Below, one piece after another: positions 32,788 through 42,096 of a stretch of 64,000 bases of DNA. Position numbers and translations under genes: made by a program. The stretch is taken from NCBI GenBank assembly GCA_963764715.1, contig CAVXTP010000015.1, forward strand, positions 1 through 64,000, read 5' to 3'. The notes under the pieces were generated by a model. The model was not told the origin of the DNA. It saw only the letters and a program-made list of their open reading frames with translations, and ran no database searches. How positions within the stretch are numbered: the stretch's first letter is position 1; each line of letters begins with the position of its first letter. This DNA is from an uncultured Acidobacteriota bacterium. Its GTDB lineage: Bacteria; Acidobacteriota; Thermoanaerobaculia; UBA5066; Gp7-AA6.

Positions 32788-33126
32788 GTGTCGCAAGATC
32801 CAGCCCTCGCTCCAGGACTCGAAGGCGTGGTGCTCGCCACGGCCCTCGTTGACTACCAGCCCGGAACCGTCGTCAGCCGCACGCTCGTGAAAAAGCCGGA
32901 GGGCACGGTCACGGTCTTCGCGTTCGATGCCGGCGAGGGCTTGAGCGAGCACACGGCGCCGTTCGACGCCCTGGCCCTCGACCTGGACGGCGAAGCCGAC
33001 ATTTCCATTGCCGGCACGGCCTACCGCCTCAGCCCAGGCCACCTTCTCAAGCTCCCTGCCGGACAACCGCACTCCGTGAAGGCAATCACTCCCTTCAAGA
33101 TGCTTCTCCTCATGATCAGGGCATGA
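32788..33126 (+). CDS. Cupin domain protein
   Basis: VFAFDAGEGLSEHTAPFDA...LPAGQPHSV; GGAGG RBS before GTG. Confidence 0.9.
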   Translation: MSQDPALAPGLEGVVLATALVDYQPGTVVSRTLVKKPEGTVTVFAFDAGEGLSEHTAPFDALALDLDGEADISIAGTAYRLSPGHLLKLPAGQPHSVKAITPFKMLLLMIRA

Positions 33127-33904
33127 GCCTCCGCCCGGAAGCGATCCATCCCGCAGCGCACCGGTCGTTCTCGAACGAAGAAATCGGGTCGGCGGAGCGT
33201 TTTCACTGACCGCAACCAGCCGGTGGGAGGAGGCGGGGACGGTCGGGAGCTTCTCCACGGCCGCCCCCAACAAAGTTCTCCTGGATTTCGTCCGTACAGA
33301 AATTGCTCGCCGCCCGGGGCTCCGCATCCTGGACCTGGGTTGCGGTGCGGCCCGCAACGCCGCACCCATGGCGGCACAGGGCGGCATCGTCGTCGGCACG
33401 GACGTGTCCTGGCCGATGCTCGAAGGAGCACGCCGGCGGGTCGCGTCGGAGGGCGTCGCCGGCCGAGTCGGTCTCGTGCTCGCATCCATGGATGACCTGC
33501 CGCTGCGCGACGCCACCATCGACCTCGTGGTCGCGCACGGAATCTGGAACCTCGCGCGCTCCGCCGCGGAATTTCGTCGGGCGGTCGCCGAGGCGGCCCG
33601 CGTCGCTCGGCCGGGCGCGAAACTCTTCCTCTTCACCTTCTCGCGGACGACGCTCGCCCCCGAGGACCGGCCCATCCCCGGCGAACCCTTCGTGTTCACT
33701 CAGTTCGCCGGCGAACCCCAGTGCTTCCTGACCGAGACGCAGCTGACGGAGGAGCTGTTCCGAGCCGGATGGGAGAAGGACCCGCCCGGGCCTCTCACCG
33801 AGTACAACCGCCCTGTCGCCGGTCGCTCGATCAGGCAAGGCGGTCCCGTCGTCTACGAGGGGACTTTCCGCCGGCTGCCGACAAACCTGCGAGGTACGCC
33901 GTGA
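33123..33904 (+). CDS. Class I SAM-dependent methyltransferase (start uncertain: frameshifted ATG 33123 or CTG 33206)
   Basis: The frame is open upstream of the listed ORF and contains LRILDLGCGAARN; also RVARPGA. Confidence 0.8.
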
Positions 33905-34287
33905 TGACCGAGCTCCTCCCGCCGATCTGGCTGATTCGTGTCGCCGTGTCCGCGGTGTGGCTCTACGAAGGACTCTGGTGCAAGCTCCTTCGCGGGCAGC
34001 CGCATCAGCTCGAGGTCGTCGGGGCCGTGCCTCGCTTCGATGCGCGGACGAGCGCGCTCTTCCTGAAGCTTCTGGGAGTCGTCGAAGTCGGACTGGCGAT
34101 CTGGGCGCTCTCCGGCGTGGCGCCGATTCCGTGCGCTGCGGCCCAGACGCTCCTGCTCGTGTCCCTGAACGCCGGCGGCCTCGTCTTCGCGAGGCGAATC
34201 ATCCACGACCCGGCCGGCATGGTGGTCAAGAACTTCGCCTTCCTGCTCCTCGTCTGGGTGGCGGCCGGCCTGCGCGGATGGCGCTGA
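33904..34287 (+). CDS. DoxX-like membrane protein
   Basis: AVWLYEGLWCKLL, LGVVEVGLA and VVKNFAFL; four TM segments. Confidence 0.75.
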   Translation: MTELLPPIWLIRVAVSAVWLYEGLWCKLLRGQPHQLEVVGAVPRFDARTSALFLKLLGVVEVGLAIWALSGVAPIPCAAAQTLLLVSLNAGGLVFARRIIHDPAGMVVKNFAFLLLVWVAAGLRGWR

Positions 34288-35183
34288 TGTCGAGCCTCGT
34301 CGGAACCGCCTGGGAGCGGGGGCGCCTCGACGCGCGCGCCGGCCCGAGCAAGCTCCTCTTCGGCCGCATGCACGAGGACGCGTCGATCGAGCTCGGCGCC
34401 TTCCGCCCCGGCGGGCGAATCTTCTGCATCGCATCGGCGGGTTGCACCGCCATGGCGCTGTCTCCCCGCCACGAGGTCGTTGCCGCCGACATCAATCCCG
34501 TCCAGGTCGCGTACGCGAGGCGGCGGTTCCTGGGTGAGCCCGGCGGCCGCGGCGCCGCGGAGCGCATGATGGCTTTCGCGCGCGGATTCGCGCCTCTGGT
34601 GGGCTGGTCGCCGGCGCGGGTGCGCGAGTTTCTCGAATTGACGGACACGGCGGAACAGCTGGCCTACTGGCGCCGGCATCTGGATACCCGGCGATTCCGT
34701 GCGGCGATGAACGCGGCCCTCTCGCCGGCGGTGCTGGCCTTGTTCTACGCGAGACACCTTCTTCGCTCCCTTCCCCGGAGGTTCGGGGAAGTTCTGCGCG
34801 CGCGCATGGTGCGATGCTTCGCCCGGCATCCCAATCGCGGCAACATCCACGCACGCTCGATGCTTCTCGGCGAATTCGCGGACTCTCCGGTACCCGCGCA
34901 GGCGACGCAGATCCGCCTCGTGCAGGCCGACGCCGCCACCTGTCTCGAGAACGAACCGCCCGGGAGCTTCGACGGATTCACGCTCTCGAACATTCTGGAC
35001 GGGGCCGGAGACGCCTATCGGCGGCGGTTGGCGGCCGCCGTCCGGCGGGCCGCGGCGCCGGGTGCGGTCGCGGTTCTCCGCAGCTTCGGCGAGCCGCCGG
35101 CCGACTTCCCGGGTAACCGGGCCGCCGAGGACCGCTCGATGCTGTGGGGGATCGTCGAAGTGAAACCGGCGGCGGCGCTGTGA
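34287..35183 (+). CDS. DUF3419 / BtaA-like SAM-dependent transferase
   Basis: FGRMHED, CIASAGCTA, ADINPVQ, FDGFTLSNILD and EDRSM resemble BtaA family motifs. Confidence 0.7.
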   Translation: MSSLVGTAWERGRLDARAGPSKLLFGRMHEDASIELGAFRPGGRIFCIASAGCTAMALSPRHEVVAADINPVQVAYARRRFLGEPGGRGAAERMMAFARGFAPLVGWSPARVREFLELTDTAEQLAYWRRHLDTRRFRAAMNAALSPAVLALFYARHLLRSLPRRFGEVLRARMVRCFARHPNRGNIHARSMLLGEFADSPVPAQATQIRLVQADAATCLENEPPGSFDGFTLSNILDGAGDAYRRRLAAAVRRAAAPGAVAVLRSFGEPPADFPGNRAAEDRSMLWGIVEVKPAAAL

Positions 35184-35705
35184 AGCTCGCCGGAGGCGGT
35201 CCGAACGCGACGACGTCGATCGTGACCGGCGCGCGGTTCTCCGCTTCACCCGATCAGGTCTGGAACGGCCTGATGTATTACGAACAGATACCGTACGTCG
35301 CCCCGCTCCATCTCCGCCTCGTGTTGCCGGCGCCCGTGCGGACCGAGGGCAGGCGATCTTCCGTCGGAGACGAAACCCGATGTGTCTACGACCGGGGCCA
35401 CCTGCTCAAGCGCGTGACCCGCATCGACCCGTCGCGGCACTATGGATTCGACGTCGTCGAACAGGACCTCGCCATCGGGGGAGGAATCCGGCTCATGGGC
35501 GGAAGCTACTACGTTGCGCGAGCTTCCCGACGGCTCGACCCGAGTCGCGCTCGAAACCCGGTACGTCAGCCGGGTGCGCCCCCGGTGGCTCGGCAGGCTC
35601 GTCGAGGCCGCCGTCTGCCACGCGTTCCATCGGCACATCCTCGACGCAATGCGACGCCAGGTGGAGTCGCGCGGATCCGAGTCGCGTCTCGCCGCGGCCC
35701 GCTGA
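35180..35705 (+). CDS. SRPBCC/START-like protein, frameshift near 35515
   Basis: FSASPDQVW N-terminus; C-terminal TRVALETRY...HRHILDAMR in the adjacent frame. Confidence 0.65.
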
Positions 35706-35730
35706 AGAGAGGGCCGAGGACCCTCGCCGA

Positions 35731-36039
35731 TCAGTTCTTGCGAAATGTGCGTCCCGCCCTTTCCTCGACGGAAGCCACATTGCGGATCAGCTTGTGATGC
35801 TCTCCTTCCTCGTCCTCGATCCGAATCGTGGTGAAGACGTGCGGGGCAAAGCCGCGCACCCGATCGTGGCACAGCCGAATGACCGGCATCACCTCGTCCC
35901 ACTCGCCTTCGATGCACGTTCCCGACGGTGTCAGCTGGTACGCAAGACCGGAGGCGTCCACGATCTTGAGAGCCTCGGCAATCCGCCCCGCCAGGTGGGC
36001 GTCTCCTCCCACAGGAACGATCGTCAATTCCGCCAGCAT
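35731..36039 (-). CDS. MTH1187/YkoF-like thiamine-binding family protein
   Basis: AELTIVPVG, SGLAYQLTPSGTCIEGEWDEVM. Confidence 0.9.
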   Translation of the reverse strand: MLAELTIVPVGGDAHLAGRIAEALKIVDASGLAYQLTPSGTCIEGEWDEVMPVIRLCHDRVRGFAPHVFTTIRIEDEEGEHHKLIRNVASVEERAGRTFRKN

Positions 36040-36309
36040 GTCGTCCTCCTCTCCGATCGGTCTCCAGGCCGATCCTGACGCGCCCGGGCGCGCGCGGAAA
36101 GATCCATTTGCCCCAGGCCCTGCCCGCGAGAAACGAACTCGTCACAGGCTCCGTACCGCCGTCTGATGCGAATGGACCAATCCTCCGGGGGAGGTGAGAG
36201 CACGCGCGCGTCGCGCTTCCCGGCATTCGCCGTTCTGACCTCCTTGATGCACGCGCATCTTGAGGCCTTCGCCGCCCGGCTGTAGCTTGGATTCGAGAGG
36301 GAGGAACCC

Positions 36310-36693
36310 ATGATTCTCAGCATTCACTTCCTCGACATGCCGAGCTCCGAGGCGATCGACGCGAAGATCCGGGAGAGAGCGGAGCAGCTGACGCGCTTTT
36401 CGAGCGATATCGTGAAATGCGAAGTTCGGGTCCAGTCTCCGCACGGGCACCACCGGAAAGGGAGCGTGAACGCACTCCACATTCGGCTGACGGTTCCGGG
36501 CGAAGAGATCGTCATCGAGCGCCAGCCTTCCGAGGACGACGTCTACGTTTCCATTCGCGACGCGTTCGACGCCGCGCGGCGAAAGGTCGAAGACTACGAA
36601 CGCCGACGCCGCGGCAAGGTCAAGACCCACCCGCGCGCACGAGGAGTCGCCGCGCCGCGGCGCCAGATCCCGGTGCGGTCCGAACGGGTCTGA
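36310..36693 (+). CDS. HPF/RaiA family ribosome-associated protein
   Basis: MPSSEAIDAKIRE, LTVPGEEI, DVYVSIRDAFDAARR, RGKVKTH; GGAGG RBS. Confidence 0.85.
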   Translation: MILSIHFLDMPSSEAIDAKIRERAEQLTRFSSDIVKCEVRVQSPHGHHRKGSVNALHIRLTVPGEEIVIERQPSEDDVYVSIRDAFDAARRKVEDYERRRRGKVKTHPRARGVAAPRRQIPVRSERV

Positions 36694-36704
36694 CGGCGAG
36701 ACGC

Positions 36705-37622
36705 TCAGTCCGCGCGCTCGGCGGCGCCAGTCTCGATCTCGAGACACTCTTTCTCCCGCCCGCGGACGACGCGCCGGCCCCGCAGCTCTCCTCCCGTCTC
36801 CGTGACGACGGTCCACTGACGCTCGCCCCGCGCCCCGTCGGCATAGAGAACGACCCAATCCCGTGAGCGTCCGAGCGCATGAGCGCGAGAGGTGTTGGAG
36901 AACAGGGCCGTGTAGTGGCGGGGGCCGCGCTGGGTATGGAGCACGGGAAGCCAGGCCTCGCGGCGGGGATTGAAGCGGCGCGGGGCGATCCTCGGAAGGC
37001 GCCCCGCGGCCGCCGCCTCGCGGTATTCGCGGTCCACGTCGAGGATCTCGGACACCGTCGGCTCGGGGCCGTCGGCGGCCGGAGGGGGCCGGACCCTCGC
37101 GAGGCGCGACGCGAGGGAATCCCGGATCCCGGCGATCTTCTTGGGACCGAAGCCGGCGAGACTCTCGAGACGCCCGTCGTGAGCCGCCGCCTCCAGGTCC
37201 TCCAGGGTCGCCACACCGAGGTCGTGGTAGAGCCGGTCGGCGAGCGTCCGGCCGATTCCGGGAACCGAGGAGAGAATCGACGTCGGGTCGCTCTCGCCGC
37301 GCAGACGCTCGAGGATCGGAAGGCGGCCCGTGCCGAGCACGGCGTAGATCGCCCGGGCCAGAATCGGCCCGATGCCCGGCAGACGATCGAGGCCGCCGAA
37401 GCCTTCGCGGGCGAGAATCTCCGACAGCGGACGCTTCAACTCGCGCAGCGTGCGCGCGCCGCGACGGTAGGCCTCCACGCGAAACGGGTTTGCGCCCTGG
37501 CCCTCGAGCAGCGCCGCGACTTCCTCGAAGCGCGCGGCGACTCCGTGATTCTCGGGGATCACGCCGGCGTCCCGCTCCGACGCCTCCGCGGGCGCAGGGG
37601 TTTCGAGGCTCACGCCAACCAT
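36705..37622 (-). CDS. Helix-hairpin-helix DNA-binding protein (PolX-like N-terminus, no polymerase domain)
   Basis: ANPFRVEAYRRGA, LPGIG, VPGIG and LAGFGPK HhH motifs, followed by a distinct C-terminal region. Confidence 0.8.
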   Translation of the reverse strand: MVGVSLETPAPAEASERDAGVIPENHGVAARFEEVAALLEGQGANPFRVEAYRRGARTLRELKRPLSEILAREGFGGLDRLPGIGPILARAIYAVLGTGRLPILERLRGESDPTSILSSVPGIGRTLADRLYHDLGVATLEDLEAAAHDGRLESLAGFGPKKIAGIRDSLASRLARVRPPPAADGPEPTVSEILDVDREYREAAAAGRLPRIAPRRFNPRREAWLPVLHTQRGPRHYTALFSNTSRAHALGRSRDWVVLYADGARGERQWTVVTETGGELRGRRVVRGREKECLEIETGAAERAD

Positions 37623-37783
37623 TGTTCGAGATTGCGCGTCCGGCCGCCTGATCCGAAGTCATCAACGACGCGGACCGGGCACCGGCCTCCCGGATCTCCC
37701 GCCCGGACCCGGGGCTCGCCACCCGAGCCCCGCGCGTTAGAGTGTCTCCCGAGGTCGCCGACCGTCCTCCCCAGGAGTGAACG

Positions 37784-38254
37784 ATGCCCGAGACCCGACC
37801 GCCCGTGCCGCCCTTCACGCGGGAGACCGCGTCGCAGAAGGTGCGCCTCGCCGAAGACGCCTGGAACTCGCGCGATCCGGAGCGGGTCGCGCTCGCCTAC
37901 ACGCCGGACAGCCGGTGGCGCAACCGCGCCGAGTTCCTCTCCGGGCGCGAGGCGATCGTCGAGTTTCTCCGCCGCAAGTGGTCGAAGGAGCTCGACTACC
38001 GCCTGATCAAGGAACTGTGGGCCTTTCACGAGAACCGGATCGCCGTGCGCTTCGCCTACGAGTCGCACGACGATTCCGGCAACTGGTTCCGCTCCTACGG
38101 CAACGAGAACTGGGAGTTCGACGAGCACGGGCTGATGCGGAGGCGCATCGCCAGCATCAACGACCTGCCGATCGCCGAGGCGGACCGCAAGTATCGCTGG
38201 CCGCTTGGCCGCCGGCCGGACGATCACCCCGGCCTGTCCGATCTGGGTTTCTGA
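37784..38254 (+). CDS. DUF1348 (NTF2/SnoaL-like) protein
   Basis: [36 protein letters not shown]. Confidence 0.92.
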   Translation: MPETRPPVPPFTRETASQKVRLAEDAWNSRDPERVALAYTPDSRWRNRAEFLSGREAIVEFLRRKWSKELDYRLIKELWAFHENRIAVRFAYESHDDSGNWFRSYGNENWEFDEHGLMRRRIASINDLPIAEADRKYRWPLGRRPDDHPGLSDLGF

Positions 38255-38266
38255 AGTCCCGAGCCG

Positions 38267-38605
38267 TCAGTCGAGCGAGACCGACTTGACCAGGATCTCG
38301 TCGCCCTTGCGCTCGCCGTCGACGGTCACGCGCAGGTGGTCCGTCTTCTTCGTCGCCTTCAGGGCGGCCGCGGCCTGGGTGTTTCCGGCGGCGTCGAACT
38401 TCAAGAACTTGCCGTCCGGCGTCACGATGCCGTAGCCGCTCTGTTGGCACTGGATGGCGCACTTGGCCGGATGCGCGTCCGGGTTCGCCTTGGCCTCGGC
38501 CTTGCCCGCGCACATCGCGTCCATCAGCGAGACGTTCTTCCAGGTCTCGGCCAGGAGAGGGGAAACGGCCGCCATCGCGAGAATCGCCAGAACCATCTTC
38601 TTCAT
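38267..38605 (-). CDS. Small secreted Cys/His-containing protein
   Basis: Signal peptide MKKMVLAILAMAAVSPLLA; DAMC...HPAKCAIQC. Confidence 0.8.
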   Translation of the reverse strand: MKKMVLAILAMAAVSPLLAETWKNVSLMDAMCAGKAEAKANPDAHPAKCAIQCQQSGYGIVTPDGKFLKFDAAGNTQAAAALKATKKTDHLRVTVDGERKGDEILVKSVSLD

Positions 38606-38652
38606 CGCGTTTCCTTTCGGTCCACGCCGGCGGAATCGCCGGACGCCAATCT

Positions 38653-39096
38653 CTAACGGGTCATCCCGTGGGCCAGATTCCCGCCCGGAACGCGGCGGGA
38701 CCCGTCGGTCTCGCCGGCCGCCTCCCGCACCTCCGTGAGGCGGGCCAGGGCGAAGGCGCCGATCGCGATCTCGAGATCCCGGACGGCCAGGTCGAAGAAC
38801 ATTCCGGTCGTCACCAGGTTGAGCGCGATCGCGACGAGCCAGGCCATCGCGACGTAGGCCCCGATCCTGGTCCAGCGGGTCAGAATCGCGAGGCCCACGA
38901 TCATCTCGATCACGCCGACGAGCTTCATGAAGGTCGGCACGCTGACCGGCAGAAGGCGGGTCACAGCCGGGCTCAGGTACATCTCCCAGTTGGCGAGCAG
39001 GTTGAAGAACTTGTCGAGACCCGCCAGAAACGGCCCCAGGCCGAGCCCGATACGCAGGGCCCACCAGGCCGAGTCGAGGTGTTTTTCGGTGGTCAT
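38653..39096 (-). CDS. DoxX family membrane protein
   Basis: AGLDKFFNLL, VGVIEMIVG, DLAVRD; GGAGG RBS. Confidence 0.88.
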   Translation of the reverse strand: MTTEKHLDSAWWALRIGLGLGPFLAGLDKFFNLLANWEMYLSPAVTRLLPVSVPTFMKLVGVIEMIVGLAILTRWTRIGAYVAMAWLVAIALNLVTTGMFFDLAVRDLEIAIGAFALARLTEVREAAGETDGSRRVPGGNLAHGMTR

Positions 39097-39171
39097 GGTC
39101 TGTCCTCCATCAACACTCTAGAGTCCCGGGGAGACATTCGGTTACCGCAATGCCAACTCCGTGCTCCGGGC

Positions 39172-39247
39172 GTAGGGGCGCCCCTTGTGGGCGCCCTCAG
39201 GTTGCACCCGTCGAAATGCACGAGGGCGGGGCAAGCCCCGCCCCTAC
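39172..39247. repeat. GTAG-REP doublet between divergent promoters
   Basis: GTAGGGGCGCCCCTTGTGGGCGCCC ... GGGCGGGGCAAGCCCCGCCCCTAC. Confidence 0.9.
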
Positions 39248-39316
39248 GACCGGGGCCCGCAGCCTAGTGCGCGGCGCAATGCCTGTCACCTTTCTTCGGA
39301 TTCCAGCTCTGTTAGG

Positions 39317-40033
39317 GTGAATCTCGAGATGGTGAGGCCCAGAGTCCTCGGAGAAAGGGAGCAGGATGCCCTCGCTGACGAGGAGGTCGTCCGGAGAGTT
39401 CGTGCGGGGCAGATCGACCTCTTCGAAGTCCTCATGCGCCGCTACAACCAGCGCGTCTACCGGATCGCCCGGGCCGTCCTTCGCAGCGACACCGAGGCCG
39501 AAGACGTCACGCAGGAAGCCTGGGTCCGCGCCTACGCACACCTCGATCAGTTCGCCGGGCGAGCGGCGTTCCGCACGTGGCTCGGACGGATCGCTCTCCA
39601 CGAGTCCTGGGCCCGTGCGCGCCGGGGCCGCCGCCAGGAAAGCCTGGAGCCCGCTCCGGGCGTCGAGGGTCGCAAAGTGAAGCCCGAGTCGCCGGCCCGC
39701 GACCCCGAGAAGGCGGCTTTCGACCGGGAGGTCCGCTCTCTCGTCGAGGCGGCCGTCGAAGGCCTGCCGGAGATCTACCGGACCGTCTTCATGCTGCGTC
39801 ACGTCGAGGAGCTTTCGACCTCCGAAACGGCGGAGCTCCTGGAGCTGAGCGAGGAGACGGTCAAGACGCGCCTCCACCGCGCGCGCTCGGCGCTCCAGCG
39901 GGAGCTGCTCGCGGAAGCGGGCGCGGGCATCCGCCAGGCGTTCCCCTTTCTCGGCGCGCGCTGCGACCGGATGGTCGCGTCGGTCCTCGCCCGCATCGCG
40001 AATCCCGGCTCCACGAACTTCTCGCCGCGATAG
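39317..40033 (+). CDS. ECF RNA polymerase sigma factor with Cys-containing C-terminal tail
   Basis: AEDVTQEAW, FRTWL, ETVKTRLHRAR; tail FPFLGARCDRMV. Start is GTG 39317 or ATG 39329. Confidence 0.92.
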   Translation: MNLEMVRPRVLGEREQDALADEEVVRRVRAGQIDLFEVLMRRYNQRVYRIARAVLRSDTEAEDVTQEAWVRAYAHLDQFAGRAAFRTWLGRIALHESWARARRGRRQESLEPAPGVEGRKVKPESPARDPEKAAFDREVRSLVEAAVEGLPEIYRTVFMLRHVEELSTSETAELLELSEETVKTRLHRARSALQRELLAEAGAGIRQAFPFLGARCDRMVASVLARIANPGSTNFSPR

Positions 40034-40093
40034 TCGGACGCGGGCGATACCCTTCCCCGGGGCCGTCCGATAGAGTCGGCGCACGACCCGACC

Positions 40094-41488
40094 ATGAAGC
40101 TCTCTTTGCTCGTCCTCGCCGCGACGCTCCTCCGACCGGCCGTGCCCGCGCCGCCGGCGCCATCGCTCGCGGTCGCCCACGTCACCGTCATCGACACGAC
40201 GGGCGGACCCGCGCGGCCCGACATGACGGTCGTCGTCGAGGGCAACCGCATCACGCAGGTCGTGCCGGCCGCCGGCGCCCGCATCCCGCAGGGCGCGCGC
40301 ACGATCGACGGCACGGGCAAGTTCCTCATCCCGGGCCTCTGGGACATGCACATCCACACGTTCTTCGGAGACTGGGTGCCGGGCGGACGCGAAGTTACGC
40401 TGCCGCTCTTCATCGCGAACGGCGTCACCGGCGTGCGCGACATGGGAAGCGATCTCGAGCCGATCCTCGCGGCCCGCCGCGACGTCGCCGCCGGCAAGCT
40501 GCTCGGCCCGCGGATGATCGTCTCCGGCCCGATGCTCGACGGGCCGAAGACCCAGTTTCCGGCGGCGCTCCCCATCGTGACGCCCGAAGACGGGCGCCGC
40601 GCCGTTCGGATGCTGAAGGAGCGCGGCGTCGACTTCATCAAGATCCAGTCCTATGTGCCGCGCGACGCCTGGTTCGCGATCGCGGACGAGTGCCGCCGCC
40701 AGAAGATCGTCTTCGCGGGACACGTCCCCGACGCCGTGCGCGCCTCGGAGGCTTCGACCGCCGGCCAGAAGAGCTTCGAGCACCTCATCGGCGTCTTCGA
40801 AGGGAGCACGCCGATCGAGGACCAGCTCATGAAGGGCCCGAAGGGGCCGGGCCGGTTCCTCGCTTCCTTCGACCCCGCGAAGGAGGCCGCGCTCATCGCC
40901 CTGCTCGCGACGAACGAGACCTGGCAGTGCCCCACGCTCTACTGGGAGCGGGGACAGTGGCTCGTCGACGTCGTCGACGTGAAGAGCGATCCCGATGCGA
41001 AGCTCGCGCCGGCCTCGTGGCGCGAAAAGAGCTGGCCCAGGTTCTCGGCCGGGATCCTGAAAGACCTCGCGACCGACCCTTTGCCGGTCCGCGAGAAATT
41101 CGTCCGGCACGAGCTCGAGATCGTCGCGCGGCTCCACAAGGCGGGGGTCCCGTTTCTCGCCGGCACGGACACGCCGGCCGGCGTCGACGTCGTGCCGGGC
41201 GTCAGTCTCCACCGCGAGCTCGAGCGTTTCGTCGCGGCCGGGTTCACGCCCATGGAAGCCCTCCAGACCGCGACGATCCTCCCGGCCCGCTTCCTCGAGC
41301 GAACGGGCGACTTCGGCTCCGTGGCGCCGGGCCGCTTCGCCGACCTCGTCCTGCTCGACGCCGACCCGACGAAGGACATCTCCAATACGAGGAAGATCTC
41401 GGCCGTCGTCGCGAACGGCCGCCCGTACGCGCGGCCCGATCTCGACCGGATGCTCGCGGACGTCGAGGCGTACGCCCGCACCCACTGA
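40094..41488 (+). CDS. Amidohydrolase family protein (secreted)
   Basis: PGLWDMHIH, AGTD and ADLVLLDADP motifs. Confidence 0.92.
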   Translation: MKLSLLVLAATLLRPAVPAPPAPSLAVAHVTVIDTTGGPARPDMTVVVEGNRITQVVPAAGARIPQGARTIDGTGKFLIPGLWDMHIHTFFGDWVPGGREVTLPLFIANGVTGVRDMGSDLEPILAARRDVAAGKLLGPRMIVSGPMLDGPKTQFPAALPIVTPEDGRRAVRMLKERGVDFIKIQSYVPRDAWFAIADECRRQKIVFAGHVPDAVRASEASTAGQKSFEHLIGVFEGSTPIEDQLMKGPKGPGRFLASFDPAKEAALIALLATNETWQCPTLYWERGQWLVDVVDVKSDPDAKLAPASWREKSWPRFSAGILKDLATDPLPVREKFVRHELEIVARLHKAGVPFLAGTDTPAGVDVVPGVSLHRELERFVAAGFTPMEALQTATILPARFLERTGDFGSVAPGRFADLVLLDADPTKDISNTRKISAVVANGRPYARPDLDRMLADVEAYARTH

Positions 41489-41531
41489 GAGCCGCAACCT
41501 TCCGGGACGGACGCGGGTTGTAAGGACCGTC

Positions 41532-42074
41532 ATGAGCGCCGCCGGCTTCACCCTCTTCGACACCGCGATCGGCCGGTGCGGCATCGCCTGGAGCGAGCGA
41601 GGGGTCGCCGGAGTTCACCTGCCGGGAGCGAGCGACGGGAAGACGCGCGAGCGCATTCTGCGGCGCTTTCCGGAGGCCGCCGAGACCGCGCCGTCGCCCG
41701 GCGTCCGGCAGGCGATCGACGGCATCACCGCCCTCCTCTCCGGCGAGCCTCGCGACCTCTCCTCCGTCGCGCTCGACATGGACGGCGTTCCCGAGCTCCA
41801 CCGGCGCGTCTACGAAGTCGCCCGGACGATCGCGCCCGGCGAGACGCTGACCTACGGCGAGATCGCGCGCCGCCTCGGCGATCCGCTGCAGGCGCGGGCC
41901 GTCGGGCACGCCCTCGCGCAGAACCCGTTCGCGATCGTCGTTCCGTGCCACCGGGTCCTCGCGGCCGGCGGCCGGACGGGCGGGTTCTCGGCGCCCGGCG
42001 GGACCGACACCAAGCTCCGCATTCTCGAGATCGAAGGGGCCCGGGCCCGCGCGATCCCGACGCTCTTTCGCTGA
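41532..42074 (+). CDS. ogt: Methylated-DNA--protein-cysteine methyltransferase
   Basis: TYGEIA, RAVG and VPCHRV active-site motif. Confidence 0.95.
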   Translation: MSAAGFTLFDTAIGRCGIAWSERGVAGVHLPGASDGKTRERILRRFPEAAETAPSPGVRQAIDGITALLSGEPRDLSSVALDMDGVPELHRRVYEVARTIAPGETLTYGEIARRLGDPLQARAVGHALAQNPFAIVVPCHRVLAAGGRTGGFSAPGGTDTKLRILEIEGARARAIPTLFR

Positions 42075-42096
42075 AGCGCGCCGTGGCGCGGCTTGA

